A stretch of 55,644 bases of DNA from an uncultured Muribaculaceae bacterium (GTDB taxonomy: Bacteria > Bacillota_I > Bacilli_A > RF39 > UBA660), in assembly GCA_964609995.1 (NCBI GenBank), contig CAZSTI010000001.1, positions 29,886-85,529 on the forward strand, read 5' to 3'. The position numbers and the translations under genes were made by a program. A model generated the notes under the pieces. It saw nothing but the letters and a program-made list of their open reading frames with translations. It made no database searches and had not been told where the DNA came from. Of this stretch, positions 27,692 through 35,581 are shown piece by piece (the first letter of the stretch is position 1; each line of letters begins with the position of its first letter).

Positions 27692-29638
27692 AAAATAATC
27701 ATATTTTAGTATTAAATCATTTTTCTTTATTATATAATCTACATATGAATTAGATTCCTCAATATAATTTATATCTTTAATATTGTTATTTGTACCATCT
27801 TTAACATAATACTTTCCATCATACCAAGAATAATCATTAAAAAATACTATCCCATTATGTTCTTTTCCTAAAGCGTCTTTACCTAAATAGTTGTTGTTAT
27901 CATATTCTATACCCATAAGATTAAGAACTGTAGGTAATATGTCAATTTGAGAGGTTACTTTATATATATTAGTTTTCTTTTGTTTACTACTCCATATAAA
28001 GAATGGAGTTTCGTTTATCAAATTATTAGACGTTTCTTTCTTTTTATCAAGTAAAGTTTTATCAGCAATAGTATATAAATAATGATCAGAGAACGCTACA
28101 ATTATTGTATTATCATATAGATTATTATCTTTTAAAGCTTGCATTAATAAACCAACCATATCATCTGTTTCTTTAGCTTGTATTTTAATACAGTCTTCTT
28201 CTGTATATACTTTTTCTTCGAACTCTAACACCAATTTTTCTTTTTCTTCTTCAGTAAGATCTGGTTGCATCATTTTTTCTTCTAATTCTATATTTAATAT
28301 TTTTTGACATAATCCTTTATCTTTTTGAAAGGGCATATGCAAAGAATAAGTTATTAAATAGTTTATAAAATTACCTTCTTTTTTAAACATGTTCTCATAA
28401 AAGAAATCATTATTAATTAATTCTCTATCTAACATATAGTCATCATTTTCATATTTCTTTAAATCTTTTAGTCCATAATATTTATCGAATCCCCAATTTT
28501 TATAATTTATATTTCTAGAATAATATTCGCCAGTATTCATATGAAATGCATTTATTCTATAATCTAAATTTTTAAATATTTTTGCTAAAGAATTTGGAAA
28601 ATAATTTTTATTTAATGAATAAGCATTTTTTGTATAACTTATTGGAGTAATAAATCCAGTATTTACCGCAAATTCAGAATTAAATGTAGAACCGCCACCA
28701 TTATAATATGAATAATGATTTAAAAAGTTAATAGAATTATTTAACAATTTATAAGTATTAGGCATATTATTTTTTGTTAGCACCCAGTTATCGATACCTT
28801 CAAATTGTAAGAATACAATATTTTTTCCTTCAAATATACCAGTATATTTGTTTGTTTCATTTATTTTTGCTTCTTTAAATATATTATTTAAAAATAATAG
28901 TTCTTTTTCATTTGTTGTTTTTTTCTCTTCTAAAAATGTTTTATAATAATTCCTTAGTGTATATTCATAAATTCCACTTACACTTAAACTTTTATTATTA
29001 TCGTTATAATTTTCATATACATTTCTGGGATTCTTCCATGTATTCCAAGTTAACTCATTGTTTTTTTCACCAAGTAGAAGTGGAGTAGCTTGATGAGTTA
29101 CAGCAAATACTGTTATTGTAATAATCAAGCCTATATAATTTGACTTGTTGTTCCAAGGAAATTTAATAAATCCAAATACAAACAATACAATAGATGCTAT
29201 TGCTGTTATATACATCCATATGTTTGCACTTTTTATTGCAGATATAAAGAACTCACTTCCTTCTTTTGCTAAACCTAATAATGCAAAATCAAAGAAATTT
29301 TTTGTAACTGAATAATAAACATTATTAACAATAAACATTGTAATACTTAGAATAAAAATAATTATATACAAAGGTTTTCCCAACTTTTTATTTATAAATA
29401 TTATTAATAGTATAAAAAGTGAAATCCAACTAATACTAAATAAATTAGGAACAAAAGCACTAATTTTTAAAAAATCGGTATCTTTTCCTAATAATCTAGT
29501 TACTATATCTAAAATATAAAATGAAAAAAAAGATAATAAAATAGAATGAAAATATTTGTTCTTAAAAACAAAGTCAAATGTTTTCTTAATTTGTTTTTTA
29601 AAATTAATTTTTTTCATAACCCGAAAATTATAACACAT
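27677..29638 (-). CDS. Second LtaS/sulfatase-family membrane transferase (divergent paralog)
   Basis: Polytopic N-terminus plus a sulfatase-fold domain: NIVFLQFEGIDNW...GGGSTFNSEF. Start is uncertain. The ATG at 29638 lies 4 nt after the LCP stop, with AGGA upstream; alternatives are 29617 (MKKINFKK) and the track start at 29731. Confidence 0.7.
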   Translation of the reverse strand: MCYNFRVMKKINFKKQIKKTFDFVFKNKYFHSILLSFFSFYILDIVTRLLGKDTDFLKISAFVPNLFSISWISLFILLIIFINKKLGKPLYIIIFILSITMFIVNNVYYSVTKNFFDFALLGLAKEGSEFFISAIKSANIWMYITAIASIVLFVFGFIKFPWNNKSNYIGLIITITVFAVTHQATPLLLGEKNNELTWNTWKNPRNVYENYNDNNKSLSVSGIYEYTLRNYYKTFLEEKKTTNEKELLFLNNIFKEAKINETNKYTGIFEGKNIVFLQFEGIDNWVLTKNNMPNTYKLLNNSINFLNHYSYYNGGGSTFNSEFAVNTGFITPISYTKNAYSLNKNYFPNSLAKIFKNLDYRINAFHMNTGEYYSRNINYKNWGFDKYYGLKDLKKYENDDYMLDRELINNDFFYENMFKKEGNFINYLITYSLHMPFQKDKGLCQKILNIELEEKMMQPDLTEEEKEKLVLEFEEKVYTEEDCIKIQAKETDDMVGLLMQALKDNNLYDNTIIVAFSDHYLYTIADKTLLDKKKETSNNLINETPFFIWSSKQKKTNIYKVTSQIDILPTVLNLMGIEYDNNNYLGKDALGKEHNGIVFFNDYSWYDGKYYVKDGTNNNIKDINYIEESNSYVDYIIKKNDLILKYDYFKNKQ

Positions 29639-29642
29639 AAGT

Positions 29643-31772
29643 TTATTCCTGTATAGACATTTCTTCTCTTGCTTTTTCATAATATATAATTGTAATCTCC
29701 TCGTAATTATTGAGTAAACTTCCAGCCTCAATACTCTGACTTTTTAATTTCCCAGCATTTAATTCATCATATTCTATAGAATCAATTTTAATTTCTTCAA
29801 TGTTAATTGTAATTTTATTAATATTTTTATTTTTCCATATAGTAGCTTCATCAATTGAATATTCTTCAAAATTGGGAACTATATTATTGTTTTGTTCTAA
29901 AACTTTTTCAGTATATTTTCCTACTTTAATAACTAATTCTTGGTTAATATCTTTTACTATGTATCCATAAGGAATGCTTTGACCCATTATTTTATTGTTA
30001 TCTTCTATATTGTCTACATTAATACTTTCTATTTTAATTATTACATTGTTTGCTTTTCCCCATTCATTTGCAACAGCTACATCTTTTGATATGAATTTTG
30101 GAACCAAATTAATAGTATTTTCGTATTTATATGGTCCCTTTCCTATTGTAGCTTTTGCGTAAGGTTCATTTATAGAAAAACTAATTTCTTTAATCATTTC
30201 TGGTTTAATTTTTTCTAAATTAATATTCATTGCTTTAACAATATCATTTAGACTTTGCCTATTGTAATAATAATTATAAAGCTGAGTTTTAAACTTTTCA
30301 TCCCAAATTAATGTGTCTGATCCCTTTAAGAATAATGAATCAAAAGAAATGGTTGAATTTGAATTGGTTAGCAACATTTTTTTAACGATATTATATAACG
30401 ATAATATTTGGTTAGTATTTATGTTTGTTTCAACACTGTCACTCATTAATTCTAATATACTATATATATCATCTAGTTTATTTATGTTATTAAGTCCACT
30501 CATAATTCCGTTAATTACTTTTTGTTGGTTTTGACCCCTTTCTATATCATCTCTTTTTCCATCATTAAATGTGGGACAATAAATAGCCATTTGTGTTCCA
30601 ACTGATGAACCATCATTTGGTTTATGTCTATTTCTTGACAAAGCTAATGCTTGCTCTCCATTTATTTTCTTATAACCTTTTTCTAAAAATATAGTATCTG
30701 ACTCCCAATTTCTATTGCTATTTTGTTCACAAAGACTATAAGGAACATCTACATATATTCCTCCAATGTTATCGACTAATTTAACCAATCCTTTAAAATT
30801 TATTTTTGCAAAGTAATCAATTTTAATTTTTGTAAAATTTTCTATAGTTTTAATCATACACTCTTCTCCGTGCCATGCGGCATGAGTGATTTTATTTTCT
30901 CTTTTATTTTCAAAACATACAATTGGAACATATGTATCTCTTGGAATGCTTAGCATTGTAGCATTTAATGTTTTTGGATTAAAGGTAATTAGCATTAAAG
31001 CATCTCCATTAAATGCAGAACCACTTTTAATACTATCTAGAGTAGAATCAACTCCCATTAATAAAACTGTAAAAGGTTCAGTTATTTCTTGTTTAGTATT
31101 TTCTTCTATTTTTACTTTTTTTTCTTTTGAAAATAATATTTTAGTTTCATCTTTGATATTTGCAAAACCATTAAAAGAAAATAATACTGAATAGTTTGTA
31201 TTAATTAATATTGCATCAACTTCTTTTTCATATAATCCTAAAACAAGGTCCGTAATATCTGTATAGTTTATAATCTCGTTTTTTTTATCTAGTTTTTGCT
31301 CTTTTAAAATTTCTTTTGGTATTGTATATCCTTCAATGCTATCTTCATTATTATATAATCCTATTTTCATTTTATTAATTTCTTTTATTTCGTTAATATT
31401 ACTTTCGTTTAGTACAACCAAACTAGAAGAATATAATATTTCATTAGAGCTTATTGTGTTTAATGAAGTATATACTTTATCAATTACATTGTATAAAATA
31501 CATTGAATTATAAAAAATAATAACATTATTATTGAAAGAAAAATGGTTCTTTTTCTTTTCTTTTTTATAATTAATCTTATTGATTTTAAAGTAAAAAAAA
31601 CAAAAGATAAAAATAATAAAATAATTATTAAAAGTCTTATTAAGTTTTCTATATTATACAATTTAAATACATAAAAAATAAGATAACTATTACTTAAAAA
31701 ATATAGAATATTTATCATTACTAATATAATAAAAAATTTATTGTTTAATATATTTTTTATAATTTTTTTCAT
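29643..31772 (-). CDS. LytR-CpsA-Psr (LCP) family glycopolymer ligase with N-terminal TM helices and two PASTA-like C-terminal modules
   Basis: LCP core FTVLLMGVDS...GDALMLITFNPKTLNATMLSIPRDTYVPI. The C-terminal 155 aa (29646-30110) form two repeats of about 65 aa with a PASTA-like pattern (VP.F....A..W.....I......G...QSI..G). Confidence 0.8.
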   Translation of the reverse strand: MKKIIKNILNNKFFIILVMINILYFLSNSYLIFYVFKLYNIENLIRLLIIILLFLSFVFFTLKSIRLIIKKKRKRTIFLSIIMLLFFIIQCILYNVIDKVYTSLNTISSNEILYSSSLVVLNESNINEIKEINKMKIGLYNNEDSIEGYTIPKEILKEQKLDKKNEIINYTDITDLVLGLYEKEVDAILINTNYSVLFSFNGFANIKDETKILFSKEKKVKIEENTKQEITEPFTVLLMGVDSTLDSIKSGSAFNGDALMLITFNPKTLNATMLSIPRDTYVPIVCFENKRENKITHAAWHGEECMIKTIENFTKIKIDYFAKINFKGLVKLVDNIGGIYVDVPYSLCEQNSNRNWESDTIFLEKGYKKINGEQALALSRNRHKPNDGSSVGTQMAIYCPTFNDGKRDDIERGQNQQKVINGIMSGLNNINKLDDIYSILELMSDSVETNINTNQILSLYNIVKKMLLTNSNSTISFDSLFLKGSDTLIWDEKFKTQLYNYYYNRQSLNDIVKAMNINLEKIKPEMIKEISFSINEPYAKATIGKGPYKYENTINLVPKFISKDVAVANEWGKANNVIIKIESINVDNIEDNNKIMGQSIPYGYIVKDINQELVIKVGKYTEKVLEQNNNIVPNFEEYSIDEATIWKNKNINKITINIEEIKIDSIEYDELNAGKLKSQSIEAGSLLNNYEEITIIYYEKAREEMSIQE

Positions 31773-31835
31773 AGTTCCTCACAACTTTTTTAATTATATA
31801 TTAATTATAACATTTTAACAATAAAAAAAATGGAG

Positions 31836-33191
31836 TTAGTCATTTGATTTATCTCTTTTTCTTTTCTTTTCTTTTTTATTAATTATTTCTGTTTCTTTTA
31901 TAGGTTTCTTCTTAATAAAATATAATGAAATTGAAATTATAACTAATACAAGAGAAACAATGTTTGAAATTGTTAAAACATTTATTATTTTCTTTTGTTC
32001 TACTATGTTTTTGCTTAATAATTGAGATTCTTCATTGTTAAATCTTATAACATTATTACTCACAAGATCATAAATATAATAATCTTTATTGCCGTTGTTT
32101 ATATTTAAACCATAAAAGATTGCGTATTCGGAAGTTTTATTTATTTTATAAACTTGAAAATTTATGTTGTTTAGCTTTTCAACTGATTTAATATAGTTTT
32201 TAAAGATTTCCTTGTTTTCTTCTAAATCAAGAGGTAATATTCTTAATTTATCAAATACAAGCTCTATATAAGGAGAATATTTGTTATCAACATTATTATA
32301 AATATATAACGCTATTAATCCTTCTGTGTCTTTAAGTCCCACTAAAACCATTTGATTATTTTGATTATAAAAAGAAGGAACTACAATATCATTAATTTTA
32401 ACTGTATTTTTTTCAAATCCTTCTGGAGGAGTAAGTAGACTCTCTCTTTTTATTATTGTCATTGTATCTCCATTGATGGTTGTTACTTCAATAGGGTTGG
32501 GATCTTTTACTATAGCATTTATTGTATAGGTTTTTGTAGAACCGTTTTGAGCGGTTACAATAATATTGAATTTATTATCTCCTTCATTTACTTCTTTTGT
32601 TCCTGTTCCATCGACATCGGATTTATAGTCTTCTGGTTTTGCTATTATTTTAATTGATTCTGTGTTTGAATCTAATTCAACTGTATAATTAAGTGTGTTT
32701 TTATTAAATAAAGGCATTATTTCTTTGCCTTCAATAGAAAGAGAACTTAAATAGTTATTTTTTGAATATGTAGCTTCTAATTGTGATAAGGTCAATAATT
32801 TAACCGATGAAGTTCCTGCAGTTAAAGTCATTTTAGCTTCGTTCCAATCATATGCTGCATAAGATTTAACTCCTATGCTTGCGCTACCAGATGCAAGAGC
32901 TTTAAATTTATAAGTGTATGTTGCGGATTTCATAGTTCCATTACCATAATCAGCAACATATACGTTTCCACTTTCTAGTTTTAATAAAGAGGGATTATAA
33001 TTCAAAGTAAACTCCCAAGAACCTAAAGGCACTGAAGAAGAAATGGTAATAGTTGTTGTAAAAGTTCTTCCAACTATAATGGTAGAAGATGAACTCCTTA
33101 CACTTATATATGCACTAGCAGCATTTACCTTATTTGTTATTAATATAAATGTTAATATTGCAATTAATGACAATTTAATAATTTTAATCAT
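31836..33191 (-). CDS. Secreted, C-terminally membrane-anchored protein with a cohesin-like module and a cadherin-like beta-sandwich (CLBS) module
   Basis: Signal peptide ending VNAASA. Cohesin-like segment (about 32793-33119) with GSWEFTLNYNPSLLKLESG. CLBS-type segment NNYLSSLSIEG...LNYTVELDS...NIIVTAQNGSTKTYTINA. C-terminal TM helix followed by a Lys-rich tail. Confidence 0.55.
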   Translation of the reverse strand: MIKIIKLSLIAILTFILITNKVNAASAYISVRSSSSTIIVGRTFTTTITISSSVPLGSWEFTLNYNPSLLKLESGNVYVADYGNGTMKSATYTYKFKALASGSASIGVKSYAAYDWNEAKMTLTAGTSSVKLLTLSQLEATYSKNNYLSSLSIEGKEIMPLFNKNTLNYTVELDSNTESIKIIAKPEDYKSDVDGTGTKEVNEGDNKFNIIVTAQNGSTKTYTINAIVKDPNPIEVTTINGDTMTIIKRESLLTPPEGFEKNTVKINDIVVPSFYNQNNQMVLVGLKDTEGLIALYIYNNVDNKYSPYIELVFDKLRILPLDLEENKEIFKNYIKSVEKLNNINFQVYKINKTSEYAIFYGLNINNGNKDYYIYDLVSNNVIRFNNEESQLLSKNIVEQKKIINVLTISNIVSLVLVIISISLYFIKKKPIKETEIINKKEKKRKRDKSND

Positions 33192-33199
33192 ATTTTCTC

Positions 33200-35359
33200 C
33201 TATAATTTAATTTCTCCTAGAATATTTTTTTGTATTCTAAGTAAGTCTAATATATTAACTATTTTATCGTTATTAGTATCTGCTGATAATAAATAAACAT
33301 TATCTAATGTTTTAGCTTTAACAAGATGTTTTTGTACTTTTAATAAATCTAAAATATTTATTTTACCGTCTCCATCTATATCACCTGTAACGGATATTGA
33401 AAATGTTTTAGTTTCATTTGAAGTGGTTGTAATAGTAATTAATTGACCCGTTTTAAGAGGGGATTTGTAATCACTTATAGTACCGTTTGAATCTTTTACT
33501 GTTATTATTGAGCTTGGACTATTTGAATTAATTTTATTAGTAAGCATTTCAATAGTATTTCCTACAGAATTATTAGGAATTAAATCATTATTTACAACAC
33601 CTAATAAGTTTTGAAGCTCACTAATTGAAATAATACTTTCAACTTTTAATATTACAATTTTATAAGTTTTTATTTCACCATTTTCAGCTGTTACTATGAT
33701 TGATATATCGTTTGAATCATTATTTAATTGAACAATTCCATCTCCACTAATTTTACTTGTGGAATTTTCTGCTGTAGCTTTGATGTTAACTGAATTGATA
33801 GTTTTATCTATAAAATAGGTATATTCTAATACATCTTTGTCAAAATCATTAATTGTAATATCGTTAATTGTTATAGAACTCAAATAATTATTATTGCTTC
33901 CAGAACTAGGTAAAGAAGTATATGTTGGAATTTCTAAATATATCGGTATTGAGAAAGAATATGCATTCGATAATAAATTTTGTGAGTTATATGAATTATA
34001 AATAGAAGAGGATTCACTTGAAGGGGCTTGAACATTTGTCATATATTGATTAGTATATTTTGTATAGTATGAATTGGGAGCAGTATTAAATTTTTGAAAA
34101 TATAAAGTATATTGTCCTTTTGAAATATATTTGCTTGACAAGAATGCTGCTCCTCCATTTATTGCTTTTTCAACTGTATTCCACGGTTCCCTTGTCTTAT
34201 TCGTATTGTCTACAACTCCTGCAGCATATGCTAAACCTCGGTATATAGGAGTATCTCCATATGCACCGATGTTAAAGAAATTATAAAAACCAGAATACTC
34301 AACTCCACCATATGTAAAAGGAGCGCCACTTGTTGCGGCATTTCCATTTATTCCAATTTCTTGTCTTATTCTACTTGCAATATGAGCAGGACTAACATTA
34401 TATGATTTTCCACTTGTATTTAAAATATTCGCAAAATCATCATTACTAAATGTTCCTCCTGAAAAAGTTGATTTCACAATGTTTGGATATTCTAATTCTA
34501 GAGTGTTATCATAATTTAGTGTTTCGAACATAAATATATATTTTTCATTTAAAAAATTTCTTGGATCCATATAAAATGAAATTACTCCTGTATTTGCATA
34601 ATACCAATTTGGCACTTCAGCAATTGTTGTACTGTTAGAATATTGTTCATTATAAAATTGTATATAGTTTTTGTTGTTTTCTCCATTTATTACATCATTC
34701 CATTTTAAACCAGTTTGTATTGCTTTAAATGTCCAATTTGGATACTTTTTGTGAAGAAAACTTAAATAAGGAAAATAACTTTCGGGGAAACCGGAAGTTC
34801 TTAATGTTTCTTCATAAGCGGCATCTTTATCAGTTATGTTGTTTTTTATTACAACGCTATCACTGCATATATATCCAGAAGACTTCCCGTCATAATAACT
34901 TACTTTATACCATGGACCAGCACAACCATTTCCATTGGGATAATATTCTAAAATTGTAAGGTTTACTCCTAATATAAGAGAATTGATTAAGGTTGAAGTA
35001 CTTGTAGGTTGACTTCTAACATTAACAAAATTTCCATAAGTTCTTGCGGTCCATCCACTAGTATTATATTCTGGATTTGTATTAATGTTAACATATGTAC
35101 TACAAACATAAGCTTCTTTATTTTCATATATTAATTTATACCATCCATCAGAACAACCGCTTCCAGTATAAGTGGTTTCATCAACTAGAGTAATATAAAA
35201 CCCAGTAATAGTAGTTTTTACAATATTTGATTCATCTATTGCTTCAGGTGTTGATCTAATTCTTACTCCTTGACCGGTAATAATTGCCTCAATAGTAGCG
35301 TTTACAAAGGTAGGAAAAATTAATAAAATGAACATAATTACAATTATCTTTTTTATCAT
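33200..35359 (-). CDS. Secreted peptidoglycan hydrolase candidate: two SH3b-like modules, a GH73-like glucosaminidase region, a CLBS module and a C-terminal type I dockerin
   Basis: Signal peptide. SH3b-like GVRIRSTPE...GWYKL and NVRSQPTS...PWYKV. Glucosaminidase-like FPESYFPYL...YMDPRNFL...SPAHIASRIRQEIG...YNFFNIGAY. Dockerin duplicated Ca-loops DIDGDGKINILDLL and DTNNDKIVNILDLL (33203-33385). Confidence 0.65.
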   Translation of the reverse strand: MIKKIIVIMFILLIFPTFVNATIEAIITGQGVRIRSTPEAIDESNIVKTTITGFYITLVDETTYTGSGCSDGWYKLIYENKEAYVCSTYVNINTNPEYNTSGWTARTYGNFVNVRSQPTSTSTLINSLILGVNLTILEYYPNGNGCAGPWYKVSYYDGKSSGYICSDSVVIKNNITDKDAAYEETLRTSGFPESYFPYLSFLHKKYPNWTFKAIQTGLKWNDVINGENNKNYIQFYNEQYSNSTTIAEVPNWYYANTGVISFYMDPRNFLNEKYIFMFETLNYDNTLELEYPNIVKSTFSGGTFSNDDFANILNTSGKSYNVSPAHIASRIRQEIGINGNAATSGAPFTYGGVEYSGFYNFFNIGAYGDTPIYRGLAYAAGVVDNTNKTREPWNTVEKAINGGAAFLSSKYISKGQYTLYFQKFNTAPNSYYTKYTNQYMTNVQAPSSESSSIYNSYNSQNLLSNAYSFSIPIYLEIPTYTSLPSSGSNNNYLSSITINDITINDFDKDVLEYTYFIDKTINSVNIKATAENSTSKISGDGIVQLNNDSNDISIIVTAENGEIKTYKIVILKVESIISISELQNLLGVVNNDLIPNNSVGNTIEMLTNKINSNSPSSIITVKDSNGTISDYKSPLKTGQLITITTTSNETKTFSISVTGDIDGDGKINILDLLKVQKHLVKAKTLDNVYLLSADTNNDKIVNILDLLRIQKNILGEIKL

Positions 35360-35508
35360 ATTTCCTCCTTATTCTTAATATATAATCTATTATACAAGTA
35401 ATATAAATAAAAATATATAATTCAATATTAATTTAACTTTTTATTTACATTAAAAGATGCTATAATATTTTTGTAAAAATTAATAAATAAAAAAAATCAA
35501 GCAAAAAC

Positions 35509-35536
35509 TTGACAATCTTGTAAATATGTGTATAAT
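35509..35536 (+). promoter_or_regulatory. Near-consensus sigma-A promoter (TTGACA, 16 nt, TATAAT) for the Cys-repeat protein gene
   Basis: TTGACA at 35509-35514 and TATAAT at 35531-35536. GGGGG RBS, then the ATG at 35582. Confidence 0.6.
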
Positions 35537-35581
35537 AAGGCACATCTAAGGAAAAAAAGCATAAAAAAAGGGGGATTTTTT

